Shown here in pieces: positions 37,830-48,275 of a stretch of DNA of 64,000 bases (position 1 is its first letter; every line of letters begins with the position of its first letter). Both the position numbers and the translations under genes were made by a program. The stretch is taken from positions 184,879 to 248,878 of the forward strand of contig JAHDCU010000003.1 in NCBI GenBank assembly GCA_020629715.1, written 5' to 3'. The notes under the pieces are model-generated. The model worked only from the letters and a program-made list of their open reading frames with translations. It had not been told where the DNA came from and searched no databases. The stretch comes from Saprospiraceae bacterium (GTDB lineage Bacteria; Bacteroidota; Bacteroidia; Chitinophagales; Saprospiraceae).

Positions 37830-38255
37830 CTATTTCTTTATCATGGTATCTGCAAATTTATTCAATTGGTTGACTGCAGCAGTTATTTTTTGAAAGGGGT
37901 CTCCTTTTTTAAAGCGAAATCTTGAAAGCTGCCGAACCATTAATTGCTGATTTTTAAATGTTTCTTCTAGTTCAGCTCGATTCTCAACATTGGCTCCTAA
38001 CAATGACTTAGTCTGCCCTATTTCTCTTTTCATATCATAATCCAACATGCGCATGATAGAGTTTGCCGAACTATAATCTTGAGTCTTTAATGAAGACTTA
38101 AGTCGCTTAATCTTACTTATGAATCGATCGTACTCAATTTCATCCTTTAATTGCACCTTTTCTGTAAGGGCTAAGTTTGACGGAGCGATTTCTTTGGACG
38201 TCTTACATGACCAAATAGTTAAAATGCAAAGGAATAGTAAAATGACCTGCTTCAT
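37830..38255 (-). CDS. Hypothetical lipoprotein
   Basis: 141 aa. Signal 'MKQVILLFLCILTIWSC'. Confidence 0.45.
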   Translation of the reverse strand: MKQVILLFLCILTIWSCKTSKEIAPSNLALTEKVQLKDEIEYDRFISKIKRLKSSLKTQDYSSANSIMRMLDYDMKREIGQTKSLLGANVENRAELEETFKNQQLMVRQLSRFRFKKGDPFQKITAAVNQLNKFADTMIKK

Positions 38256-38304
38256 AGTCTTAATATCATATTAGGCTAAAAATGGCTGCATGATAATTTC
38301 TCAT

Positions 38305-41079
38305 TTATTCAACTAATTCTAAACCTTGCTTTTTAGATTTTTCGGTTGCCTTCATTCCATTTTTCATCCATGACGGCATGGGTTGATCTAGTAGATAGTG
38401 ATCAAAAAACTGCGCCATACGTTTCTGGAAATCCATCCTGTTTTGCCATTTTACCGGCCAGTGAGGCTCTCCATTATAATTCAGCATCCATGCCTTTTTA
38501 CCTAATCTGCGCAATGCTACGAAATACTCTATCCCTTGATACCATGGCACGGCACCGTCCTTATCATTATGCAAAATTAAGACTGGTGTATTGACCTTAT
38601 CGGTATTGAAAAGTGGTGAGTTTTCAAGATATAAGTCAGGCTTATCCCATAATGTGCCTCCTATACGACTCTGTGTATGCTCATACTGAAACATACGGCT
38701 ACGACCTGATCGCCATCTGATCCCTCCGTAGGCACTTGTCATATTGACTACCGGAGCTCCTGCCTCTGCACATTTAAACATATCCGTTTTCGTCAATAGA
38801 TGAGCGATCTGATAACCACCCCAGCTATGACCTTGGACCCCCATTCTCGATCGATCTATATACCCTTCCTTCAATAATGCTTCTACTCCTGAGATCACAT
38901 GATCATAACAGCTCTGACCAGGATATCCATCGGTATACCAAACATCTGGATTGAAAATGACATATCCTTTGGCAGCGTATACCGTATAATTGATCGTAGA
39001 TCGGCCCGGTGCCGGTGCCCGGTGTCTATGCAAACGGTCACTGCTCTTTTCATAGAAATTTACGATGAGCGGATACTTTTTATTCGGATCAAAGTTTGCT
39101 GGTTTTACAACCATACCATCAACCTTTTGACCACTTGGTGCCGTCCAACTATAGGGTTCGATACTACCCCAAGCATATTCTTTCTGCTGTGGATTGGCAT
39201 CTGAAATTCTCTTATATTTTTTGAAATCTGTATTAGTAATCAATAAATCTGGGAATACTTTAAATGATTCTTTAGTGGTCAGTACTACATCAGACAACCT
39301 CGCTTTCAGCGGATAACTTTCATACTCAAAATGGTCCTTATGTAACGTTTTGAGTTTCCTGTCGGCTAAATGAATAGAAGCGTAGCCTGTTGATTTATCT
39401 TTAGAATCAAAAATAGCAAGCATCAAGGTCGAATCTCTAGGCACAAACTCCAACTCTTCATCGATGGCTTCATATCGATATCTGATTTGGTCTTTATGAC
39501 CATCTGTAAGCTTCTTGTTACGATTGGTTTTCATATCAAACTCCCAGATATCGTATCGGTCGTAGAGGTATATGTACTCGTCATTTTCTGACCATCCCAT
39601 ATCGCCATAAGACCATGGATGCATGGGTCGATCGTTGATCTCATCATAAAATCTACCGAGATCATTGGATGTCAACTGTATCTTTTTCTTGGTCTCAAAT
39701 TCATAGGCATACCAGGCTGTATCTTTGCGACTGTACCAGTATGCATACTTACCCGCAGGAGACAGACTTGGTGTTCCATCCGTCTCTTTCGTAATCAAGG
39801 ATTGCATGCCATTGCTCAGATCGATAGCATATATATCACGTCTCGTGAGACCCAACCAAGAGACCTCTTTGTCATAGAATTCTGTATGAGATGCGACTGC
39901 GTATCGATGGCTAGCCTTGTCTGATACCCTGACCCTTGGTTTATGCTTAGAACTCAGCTGTATATTACTCTTGCGATCAATGTCATATGCCACCATGTAA
40001 GATGCTTCCTCATCTTCTGATAGATTAGCATTTTGTCTTGTAAACAGACGAGTATCGTCTGTAGACCAAACTTCGACATTTACAATTTCTTCATCCAGTA
40101 GCGATGTATCTTGAAGGATCGGATGGTCCGCAATACCATAGATGATTCGATTTCCTTCCTCTGAAAATCTGGGTTCGTAGTGCTCACTTATTTTTTGACC
40201 TTCCTTCAGGATGGTTGAATTGGGATCTGCAATCTTTTCTAGGCCTTCTCCCCTTTTCCATTTATACAATTGGTGAGGTTTGATCAATGCATCCGTCGTA
40301 TCAAAATGTGCTATGAAAGCCGCTTGATCCCCCGTTTGATCAATATTAAATTGTGGGTACTCACCTTTTTTGATAATGATCGTATCCATATTTCTAGTAT
40401 CAAAATCGTAAGCTAGCCAGTGCATCAAGCTGTCCTTTTTCACTTCTCCAGTACTATGCACAAATAGTCTTGTAGCTTCATCTGCTACTTGATATTTTTT
40501 GACATATTGGAAGGTATCTCGTACGCCAGAGTTAAGATGATGTGCTATAAGTTTTGAGCCATTTTTGCGACTTTCTTTTTTAAGTGCTTTTTGGGTACTA
40601 TCGGGTTCTTCGATCTTTTGCGGTGCCAAGTGGTAACTTATCACGCCACCTGCTTTTTCATTAAACTTATAGGATAAAACCTCGGGGATATATTGTATCT
40701 CTCTCGTATTAAGATTAAACAACACTAGCGTATCCTTAGGCATATCATCTTTATCTGTATCCGCTCGCTTCAAGGTCAAAATACTATCTGCACTTGCTGT
40801 CATATGGAAGGCAGCCCAAGTACCAGAGTAATCAAATTGTGGTCTTTTGACTCGATCAAATTGGACATCTTTACCACTTTCTATATGATGCAATACCAAG
40901 GTAGCATCACCCTTATTGGGGCTGAGCGTATACATAACCCAATCACCATGCGCGGATATCGCTTTATTACGGATTCTATTCCAACTTTCGTATTCTGCAT
41001 CGGTGAACTGCTTATTTTGAGACCATAGAGATATAGTAACACAAAGAAGTAAAGTCAGGCAGGTAAAGATCTTTTTCAT
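38305..41079 (-). CDS. S9-family serine peptidase (prolyl oligopeptidase/DPP-like) with an N-terminal beta-propeller
   Basis: 924 aa. Signal peptide. The GxSxG nucleophile is 'GHSWGGYQ'. The catalytic Asp and His lie in the C-terminal alpha/beta-hydrolase region. Confidence 0.75.
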   Translation of the reverse strand: MKKIFTCLTLLLCVTISLWSQNKQFTDAEYESWNRIRNKAISAHGDWVMYTLSPNKGDATLVLHHIESGKDVQFDRVKRPQFDYSGTWAAFHMTASADSILTLKRADTDKDDMPKDTLVLFNLNTREIQYIPEVLSYKFNEKAGGVISYHLAPQKIEEPDSTQKALKKESRKNGSKLIAHHLNSGVRDTFQYVKKYQVADEATRLFVHSTGEVKKDSLMHWLAYDFDTRNMDTIIIKKGEYPQFNIDQTGDQAAFIAHFDTTDALIKPHQLYKWKRGEGLEKIADPNSTILKEGQKISEHYEPRFSEEGNRIIYGIADHPILQDTSLLDEEIVNVEVWSTDDTRLFTRQNANLSEDEEASYMVAYDIDRKSNIQLSSKHKPRVRVSDKASHRYAVASHTEFYDKEVSWLGLTRRDIYAIDLSNGMQSLITKETDGTPSLSPAGKYAYWYSRKDTAWYAYEFETKKKIQLTSNDLGRFYDEINDRPMHPWSYGDMGWSENDEYIYLYDRYDIWEFDMKTNRNKKLTDGHKDQIRYRYEAIDEELEFVPRDSTLMLAIFDSKDKSTGYASIHLADRKLKTLHKDHFEYESYPLKARLSDVVLTTKESFKVFPDLLITNTDFKKYKRISDANPQQKEYAWGSIEPYSWTAPSGQKVDGMVVKPANFDPNKKYPLIVNFYEKSSDRLHRHRAPAPGRSTINYTVYAAKGYVIFNPDVWYTDGYPGQSCYDHVISGVEALLKEGYIDRSRMGVQGHSWGGYQIAHLLTKTDMFKCAEAGAPVVNMTSAYGGIRWRSGRSRMFQYEHTQSRIGGTLWDKPDLYLENSPLFNTDKVNTPVLILHNDKDGAVPWYQGIEYFVALRRLGKKAWMLNYNGEPHWPVKWQNRMDFQKRMAQFFDHYLLDQPMPSWMKNGMKATEKSKKQGLELVE

Positions 41080-41380
41080 ACATCGGTCCTTTGATTAACT
41101 TGAAAATACTAATCTATTTTTGCATCACTACTATTGACAACCATGAGGCTTTAGTTTTTAATTTGAAATTAGATCACTGAGGTATATTTTTATTAGATTA
41201 AGCATCTTCAATCTTATAAAGATTAGCAATACAGAATGATCATTATATAATGTATATATTACACTTTAGTTATTTTTTGACCATTTTAATGTACATTATT
41301 GTGATGTAGCGTATAAATGTTCAGTATAATGAACAAATAATGTATTTTAGGGTTATATTGTATACTATAATGGTCAATAT

Positions 41381-41647
41381 ATGTTTGATTTAGTCGAAAT
41401 AAAAGATACGAAACAAGAGATAGGGCGATATATAAAAACACTTCGTAAGAAGCAAAATATAACGCAAGCGCAACTTGCCGAAACTTTAGATATATCACGT
41501 ACCACACTCCAAAACCTAGAGACTGGTGGCAACTTTACGGTAGACACTCTACTCAAAGTACTAAAAGAACTAACACAACTCGAATCACTACACCATAAGA
41601 TCGTGGAAGCTCGGGAGCAGATTGGTCAAATACAATCCTTGTACTGA
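41381..41647 (+). CDS. hipB: XRE-family HTH antitoxin
   Basis: 88 aa. HTH 'IKTLRKKQNITQAQLAETLDISRTTLQNLETG'. The stop overlaps the hipA ATG (TGATG). Confidence 0.7.
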   Translation: MFDLVEIKDTKQEIGRYIKTLRKKQNITQAQLAETLDISRTTLQNLETGGNFTVDTLLKVLKELTQLESLHHKIVEAREQIGQIQSLY

Positions 41648-42918
41648 TGGCACCGAATGACATTATACAGGTACATATTTTCGGTCAAGAGATTGGTAAA
41701 ATTGGCTATGACCCACAACATAGACGATCATCGTTTCAGTATCATCCTAGCTTTTTTGACTCCCAACAACTAAACAATATATTTCCTAATACAGGCATCA
41801 TACGTAGAACACCCATGGTGCAACAGTATAGCCAATACTTCAATGATACCTTTCATGGCTTACCTCCACAATTTGCAGATTCTCTACCCGATCGATTTGG
41901 TTCAATTATATTCAAGACATGGCTTACGAGCAAAGAAGAAACTGATATCTCAATACTAGAACAATTAGCTTACATTTCCAATCGTGGGATGGGTGCTATA
42001 GAGTATTTCCCAAGTAAAAAACTACCTAAAAGAGCAAGTATTGATCTCGATGAAATCATCGAAGTATTACGTGAAGTCCTTGATTTAAAACAGAATAAAA
42101 GCCAATCTAAACTAGATAGCCAGGGACTGACTAATATATTCAAGATAGGCACTTCAGCAGGAGGAGCTCGTCCCAAAATATTGATTTCTGAGCATAAACG
42201 TACGGGTAAAATTATACCCGGAGATCTAGAATACAGTGACGCATATCACCACTATCTAGTCAAGCTATCCTTAGATCAAGAAGAGGGTTATCATCGCGAA
42301 GTGATTGAGTATTGTTACTATTTCCTGGCTACATCAGTAGGCATTACGATGATGGACAGTAAGCTCATTGATGACAAGCATTTCACTACTCTAAGATTTG
42401 ATCGTCAAGATGGGACCAAGCAGCATATACTTACCGCAACTGGGCTTACAGGGTGGGATTTCAAAAATCCAGATGTGTCCTCCTATGAAAATCTCTTTAA
42501 ACTCAGTTCGTTTCTACGTGTACCGCATACACAACTCGAGGAGCTTTATCGCCGCATGATTTTCAATGTTATATACAGTAATACGGACGACCATCTCAAA
42601 AATCACTCTTTTTTATACCAAAAAGAAAAAAGTAGATGGTCGCTAGCACCTGCTTACGATCTTACCTATGCCCTCAATCCCCTACTCCAAGTAACGAGAC
42701 CAAGCAGAGCCATGTCAATCAACGGTAAGCGACAGGATATTACACTTGAAGATGTACTGAAGATAGCCGATGACTTTACCATCAAAAATCCGAAAGGGAT
42801 CATCAGGGAAGTACAATCCAAAAAAGAAGAACTCCTACATCTGATGAGTAGCTTCGGAATTCCCGAAAAAGTCATCCAAGGAATAGAACAAAATATTACG
42901 AACTTTGTGATTAACTAA
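41647..42918 (+). CDS. hipA: HipA-family serine/threonine kinase toxin
   Basis: 423 aa. The HipA N-terminal region is present, as is the C-terminal catalytic motif 'NTDDHLKNHSF'. Confidence 0.75.
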   Translation: MAPNDIIQVHIFGQEIGKIGYDPQHRRSSFQYHPSFFDSQQLNNIFPNTGIIRRTPMVQQYSQYFNDTFHGLPPQFADSLPDRFGSIIFKTWLTSKEETDISILEQLAYISNRGMGAIEYFPSKKLPKRASIDLDEIIEVLREVLDLKQNKSQSKLDSQGLTNIFKIGTSAGGARPKILISEHKRTGKIIPGDLEYSDAYHHYLVKLSLDQEEGYHREVIEYCYYFLATSVGITMMDSKLIDDKHFTTLRFDRQDGTKQHILTATGLTGWDFKNPDVSSYENLFKLSSFLRVPHTQLEELYRRMIFNVIYSNTDDHLKNHSFLYQKEKSRWSLAPAYDLTYALNPLLQVTRPSRAMSINGKRQDITLEDVLKIADDFTIKNPKGIIREVQSKKEELLHLMSSFGIPEKVIQGIEQNITNFVIN

Positions 42919-42936
42919 GTTACCAAACCTAAGCTC

Positions 42937-43317
42937 ATGATTAATATCGCTCTTATCGCCCATGATGGTAAAAAAGCCGAGATGGTTTCTTTTATCTTAA
43001 ATAACAAGACCTTCTTAGACAATTCTACGCTCTACGCTACTGGTACTACTGGTGGGAAGATCGAACAGGAGGGTTTTGAAGTCAAAAAGCTACTGAGCGG
43101 ACCACTTGGTGGTGATGCGCAGATTGCGACTATGGTAGCACTGGGAGAGATCGATCTAGTTATATTTTTTAGAGATCCACTTGACAAACATCCACATGAG
43201 CCTGACGTACAGATGCTCATGAGACAATGTGATGTACATAATGTACCCCTAGCCACTAATCCAAAGGGCGCTCATTATCTTTTGAGAGGAATACGTGACT
43301 ACCTTAAGCAGAAATAG
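42937..43317 (+). CDS. mgsA: Methylglyoxal synthase
   Basis: 126 aa. 'IALIAHDGKK' and 'GPLGGDAQI' are characteristic of MgsA. Confidence 0.85.
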   Translation: MINIALIAHDGKKAEMVSFILNNKTFLDNSTLYATGTTGGKIEQEGFEVKKLLSGPLGGDAQIATMVALGEIDLVIFFRDPLDKHPHEPDVQMLMRQCDVHNVPLATNPKGAHYLLRGIRDYLKQK

Positions 43318-45125
43318 TGACCACCGAAGATTATAAAAAGCTATTACCTACGATCCCAGTAGATCCTGGGGTATACCGATTTATCGATGCCGATGATATC
43401 ATACTCTATGTTGGTAAAGCTAAAAATATCAGAAAGCGAGTCGCTTCCTATTTTGGTGACAAAAAGCAGGCATATTATAAAACTAAAGTGCTTGTCAAAA
43501 ACGCGGTACGATTAGAATTTACAATCGTAGAGACGGAGCAAGATGCGCTTTTACTGGAAAATACACTGATCAAGAAGCATCAGCCTCGATATAATGTGAT
43601 GCTTAAGGATGGTAAGTCGTACACCTATCTTTGCATCAAAAATGAGCGATTTCCTAGGATCTTTTTTACTCGAAAAGTGATCAAAGACGGTTCTAAGTAC
43701 TTTGGGCCATACACGAGTAAATACCGCACTAAAATCATTTTCGAACTGGTCAAAAAACTCTTTCCACTCCGCACATGTACTCTCAATCTATCTGAGAAAA
43801 ACATTAATGACGGTAAATTTAAAGTATGCCTTGAATATCATATCAAAAACTGTTTGGGCCCTTGTGTGGGCTATGAATCAGAAGAGGAATACAATGAAAA
43901 AATAGATCAGATTAAAAATATCCTCAAGGGTAATTTTAAACAAGTAAAAGACTATATCCAAGAGCAAATGGCGCATTACGCTGCCGAACTCGACTTTGAA
44001 AAAGCACAGCAACTCAAAGACAAGCTTTTTGCCTTTGAAGATTACCAATCTAAATCAACAGTGGTAAGTCAAAATATCCGCGATCTCGATGTATTTGCAA
44101 TACAATCTGATGATAAAATGGCATATGTCAACTATATGAAGATCGTCAACGGTGCATTGATGAATACGGATACACTAGAGATGGAGAAAAATCTCAATGA
44201 AGACGAAGGAGATCTACTCTCCCTATCCATCATGAATATGCGGGAAAAATTTAACTCCATCGCTAAAGAGATCATCGTAACCAAAGAGGTCGTATTGGCA
44301 GAAGATGATGTGACGGTTACTATACCACAACGAGGAGAAAAACGGAAATTACTTGATCTTGCGGAGAAAAACCTTAGCTACTATCTGCTCCAAAAGCGTA
44401 AAGAGGCGATCAATAAAATAAAACGACAAACTCCAGCAGAGCGAATACTCAAGACCATGCAAGAGGATCTCCAGATGGATGTCCCTCCATACCATATCGA
44501 ATGCTTCGATAACTCAAACCTCGGTGGTACCAATCCAGTCGCAAGCTGTGTTGTATTTAAAAATGCAAAACCAAGTAAGAAAGACTATCGACACTTTAAA
44601 ATCAAAACAGTAGTAGGTCCCGATGACTTCGCTTCGATGAAAGAAATACTAGAGCGACGCTATAGTCGTTTACTGAAGGAAAATCAACCGCTACCTAATC
44701 TGATTATCATAGATGGTGGTAAGGGACAACTGAGCTCTGCTATGGAAAGCATCGATAAACTAGGATTACGAAATAAAATCACGGTCATCGGTATTGCCAA
44801 AAGGCTGGAGGAGATCTTTTTTCCAGAGGATCCTATCCCAATATATATCAACAAAAAATCCGAGTCGCTTAAGGTTATCCAGCAAGCACGAAACGAAGCG
44901 CATCGATTTGCGATTACTTTTCACAGGGATCTCAGGTCTAAAAATTTCTTAGGAACAGAGCTAACTGAAATACCTGGAATCGGAGAAAAGACTGCTAATA
45001 CGTTGCTTAAAGAGTTTGGATCAGTTAAGAAAATAAAAGAGCTTGACCTTGCTACCTTGCAGTCTTTTGCAGGAAAATCTGCTGGATCTAAGGTTTTTAA
45101 TCATTTTAATTCGGATACCGACTAG
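43317..45125 (+). CDS. uvrC: Excinuclease ABC subunit C
   Basis: 602 aa. N-terminal GIY-YIG ('GVYRFIDADDIILYVGKAKNIRKRVASYF'), a UvrBC region and a C-terminal HhH. Confidence 0.9.
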   Translation: MTTEDYKKLLPTIPVDPGVYRFIDADDIILYVGKAKNIRKRVASYFGDKKQAYYKTKVLVKNAVRLEFTIVETEQDALLLENTLIKKHQPRYNVMLKDGKSYTYLCIKNERFPRIFFTRKVIKDGSKYFGPYTSKYRTKIIFELVKKLFPLRTCTLNLSEKNINDGKFKVCLEYHIKNCLGPCVGYESEEEYNEKIDQIKNILKGNFKQVKDYIQEQMAHYAAELDFEKAQQLKDKLFAFEDYQSKSTVVSQNIRDLDVFAIQSDDKMAYVNYMKIVNGALMNTDTLEMEKNLNEDEGDLLSLSIMNMREKFNSIAKEIIVTKEVVLAEDDVTVTIPQRGEKRKLLDLAEKNLSYYLLQKRKEAINKIKRQTPAERILKTMQEDLQMDVPPYHIECFDNSNLGGTNPVASCVVFKNAKPSKKDYRHFKIKTVVGPDDFASMKEILERRYSRLLKENQPLPNLIIIDGGKGQLSSAMESIDKLGLRNKITVIGIAKRLEEIFFPEDPIPIYINKKSESLKVIQQARNEAHRFAITFHRDLRSKNFLGTELTEIPGIGEKTANTLLKEFGSVKKIKELDLATLQSFAGKSAGSKVFNHFNSDTD

Positions 45126-45573
45126 CCAATGCTTGCTTAGCTAAGCGTTTCAGTTCGGTATGGTAAGCAGCTCCTTCTTTACGAGCTACTTCTGCACCTT
45201 TGCTGTCTAAAAACAACAGTGTAGGATAGGACTTAACATCATAGATCATTCTAAGATCAGGACCTTCGCCCTTATCGCCTTCTACCATGTAATTAATGAA
45301 GTTTTCATTAAAATAATCTCCAAGTACTTGATCCGTATAAACATCCTCCTTCATCAGTTGACAAGGAAGACACCATGAAGTTCCGATATCGAGAAATACT
45401 AATTTGTCTTCATCTTGTGAAAGGTCCAATACATTTGACAATTGAGCCGCTCTTTCAAAGTCGAAACTATACAGATTCTCTTCATTGGGTAGCTCAACTT
45501 CTACAGCCTTAGGAGCATTGCGATTACAAGCCCAATTAGATACAATAATTACGAATATTAGAATACGATGCAT
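45106..45573 (-). CDS. Thioredoxin-fold protein (TlpA-like thiol:disulfide oxidoreductase)
   Basis: 155 aa. Signal peptide and the 'WCLPCQ' CxxC motif. Its 3' end overlaps uvrC by 20 nt. Confidence 0.65.
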   Translation of the reverse strand: MHRILIFVIIVSNWACNRNAPKAVEVELPNEENLYSFDFERAAQLSNVLDLSQDEDKLVFLDIGTSWCLPCQLMKEDVYTDQVLGDYFNENFINYMVEGDKGEGPDLRMIYDVKSYPTLLFLDSKGAEVARKEGAAYHTELKRLAKQALASRYPN

Positions 45574-45613
45574 GACAAAAAAGATCCTTGGTTAGGATAC
45601 ATTAACTCAAAAA

Positions 45614-46696
45614 TCATACTCGATTATATATATCCAGTACTTTTTTTGCCATTTCGCGATAATCAAACGCTTTTACATCTTGTATAGCTTGATCCGTGAT
45701 TTGAGATGAAAAAGATGGTTGCTTTAATACTTTTATCACAGAATCAGCAAGAGTCTCGACATCTCCTACATTTGCCAATAAACCATTCTTTTCATGGGTT
45801 ATCATTTCAGGAATACCACCAGCTCGAGTAGCTACTATAGGTACTTTGGATGCCATGACATCTAAGATACTTGTACCTAATGCCTCCATTTTACTGGTAA
45901 ATAGTAATACATCTAACTCAGAAATATAGGACTTTACATGTTTGATGTAACCTGTAAAAATCACATCATTCATCAGCCCTAGGGATTCAGATAGCTGTTT
46001 CATTTTAGTCATCAGACCACCGTCACCACCTATGGCTAAAAATTTTATTTTGCCAGGATAATTCTCTTTTAAGATTTTGGCTGTAGCCAAGAAAGTAGGA
46101 TAATCTTTGTGATCTGCTATGGCTGCAACATTACCTACGATCTTATAAGATTTCGGTATACCAAATCTTGTACGAAGGTAATCTTGTTTAGTATTTGACA
46201 TTAACCGAGCTACATCTATGGCGCTGTGTACCACATGCAGCTTTTCTTTTTGTTTAATCATTGGGTACAAGACCTTCTTTACCGCATGAGATACGCATAT
46301 ATAAGCCGATATTCCCTTGGCATTATACTTCATATAGCTTCCTTTTTTGATAGGAAAGTCTACTCTACGATTGACTATTATCGGAAGATCAATACTAAAC
46401 ATACTACTAGCCAACCAAACAAGATTATGCGCATGTGCATCATGCGCATGGATAAGATCAACACCATGAAACTTGCAGTATCTTACGATCTTATAACTCG
46501 AGATCGGATCAAGGGCCATGCGTTTTTTATACGGTCGTAAAGTTGCTCCCTCGAAACGATCTCCAATCGGAGCATCCAAAGGATACCAAAGGTGGCTTTC
46601 TACACCAAGTTGATTAAGCCCACGTACTAGATTACAGATCTGCTGCTCCCCTCCTCTCCAAGAAGTTGCTGTTGATATGTGCAATACCTTCATCAC
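45614..46696 (-). CDS. Glycosyltransferase family 4
   Basis: 360 aa. GT-B C-terminal motif 'EALGTSILDVMASKVPIVATRAGGIPEMI'. Confidence 0.7.
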   Translation of the reverse strand: MMKVLHISTATSWRGGEQQICNLVRGLNQLGVESHLWYPLDAPIGDRFEGATLRPYKKRMALDPISSYKIVRYCKFHGVDLIHAHDAHAHNLVWLASSMFSIDLPIIVNRRVDFPIKKGSYMKYNAKGISAYICVSHAVKKVLYPMIKQKEKLHVVHSAIDVARLMSNTKQDYLRTRFGIPKSYKIVGNVAAIADHKDYPTFLATAKILKENYPGKIKFLAIGGDGGLMTKMKQLSESLGLMNDVIFTGYIKHVKSYISELDVLLFTSKMEALGTSILDVMASKVPIVATRAGGIPEMITHEKNGLLANVGDVETLADSVIKVLKQPSFSSQITDQAIQDVKAFDYREMAKKVLDIYNRV

Positions 46697-47439
46697 GAAT
46701 TTGACTTTAACTCATCATAGTAACGGAATCTCAGCTTAATCATTTGATAGTTCAGTCTAGCTATCTGTAAGCCTGCTTTTCCATCCAAAATACCGAGTTG
46801 GATAAAATAAGTTTTCATAAATCTAAATCCTGGACCAAGGACCCTCTTTACGAATGAAGGACGTTTTCCGTTTTTATGCCATTCACTAGCAGTAAGTTTT
46901 GCATACTTATTGATCCGTTCAAGATGATCGTCTTTAGAAGCATAACTATAGTGTTCTAGTATCCCTTCTAGCTTTTTGATGGCAGTACCTTCTGGAATAA
47001 TTAACTGCTCATGAACCTCTTTACTATCCCATGTGATTGAATTATGAAAAATACGTACCACTGGTTTTGGATACCAACCAGAGTGTCTAATCCACTGTCC
47101 TTCATACCACATCATACGATCGAGCGCATATACATAGCTTTCTTTTACTTTGAGGTTTTTAATAGTTGATATCAGTTCATCACTTAGGACTTCGTCCGCA
47201 TCCAAGGATAATATCCAACTATGCTTAGCTTGTTGATTACCAAAGTTTTTAGTTGTTCCATAGCCTTCCCAATCGTGGTTAAATACTCGAGCACCTCTCG
47301 ATTGAGCAATAGCAATAGTATCATCTGTACTGCCCGAATCCACCACAATGATATCATCTGAAACTTGCTTGGCAGATGCAATACATTTTGCAATATTACG
47401 AGCTTCATTTTGGCATATGATAACAACTGATAAACTCAT
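46693..47439 (-). CDS. Glycosyltransferase family 2 (LPS-core KdtX/WaaE-like)
   Basis: 248 aa. 'LSVVIICQNEARNI', 'DSGSTDDT' and 'LDADE' are present. Confidence 0.7.
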   Translation of the reverse strand: MSLSVVIICQNEARNIAKCIASAKQVSDDIIVVDSGSTDDTIAIAQSRGARVFNHDWEGYGTTKNFGNQQAKHSWILSLDADEVLSDELISTIKNLKVKESYVYALDRMMWYEGQWIRHSGWYPKPVVRIFHNSITWDSKEVHEQLIIPEGTAIKKLEGILEHYSYASKDDHLERINKYAKLTASEWHKNGKRPSFVKRVLGPGFRFMKTYFIQLGILDGKAGLQIARLNYQMIKLRFRYYDELKSNS

Positions 47440-48236
47440 TACGATTCGTGTCTAGCGGCTCTAGCCACAAAATGAGAATTTAGTAAGTTGGGCTTGTTGT
47501 ATCGCATAGGTAATCCGGTATCTTCTGAAATCACTTCACCTCCGGCAGCCTCTAGGATAGCTTGAGCAGCTGCAGTATCCCACTCCATAGTAGGTGCTAA
47601 TCTAGGATATATTTCGGCATTACCTTCAGCAATAATGGTAAATTTTAGTGAACTCCCTGTGGCAATCAGTTCTGGGTTATTATACCGATCTACAAAGTTT
47701 TGTGTCTCTTCGTTTAGGTGACTTCTCGAGCATACGATACGTAAATCTTTATCCTCTTCTGAAAAACTATTGACTTGAATAACACTGGCATTCTGATCTT
47801 CAATCTTAAATGCTCCAACTCCATCGATCGCCCAATACATGATATCCTTAACTGGTAGATATACTACACCTGCTATGGACTTACCATTTTCAATCAAAGC
47901 GATATTAACCGTAAATTCTCCATTGCGTTTGATGAACTCTTTAGTACCATCTAAAGGGTCTACCATCCATAGCGAATTCCAGTCTTTTCTCACATCATAA
48001 GCCACTTCCTTTGTCTCTTCAGAAATGATAGGAAGGACTATTTCTAATTTACTGAGCGATTTTACAATATGATCGTTGGCAGCTGTATCTGCTCGGGTCA
48101 ATGGAGAATCATCACCTTTTGACTCGACACCAAAATCATCTGAATCATATACCTCCATGATGATTTCTCCAGCTCTCTTAGCAATTCCTAAAACTGAGTT
48201 AATCAAAAGTGGCAATTTCTCTTTACTTATAATCAT
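47439..48236 (-). CDS. cysQ: 3'(2'),5'-bisphosphate nucleotidase
   Basis: 265 aa. Inositol-monophosphatase-fold motifs 'WMVDPLDGTKEF' and 'PIISEE'. Confidence 0.8.
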   Translation of the reverse strand: MIISKEKLPLLINSVLGIAKRAGEIIMEVYDSDDFGVESKGDDSPLTRADTAANDHIVKSLSKLEIVLPIISEETKEVAYDVRKDWNSLWMVDPLDGTKEFIKRNGEFTVNIALIENGKSIAGVVYLPVKDIMYWAIDGVGAFKIEDQNASVIQVNSFSEEDKDLRIVCSRSHLNEETQNFVDRYNNPELIATGSSLKFTIIAEGNAEIYPRLAPTMEWDTAAAQAILEAAGGEVISEDTGLPMRYNKPNLLNSHFVARAARHES

Positions 48237-48275
48237 TGATTACATTTATGATACAAAGTAACAAAACATTAAAGG

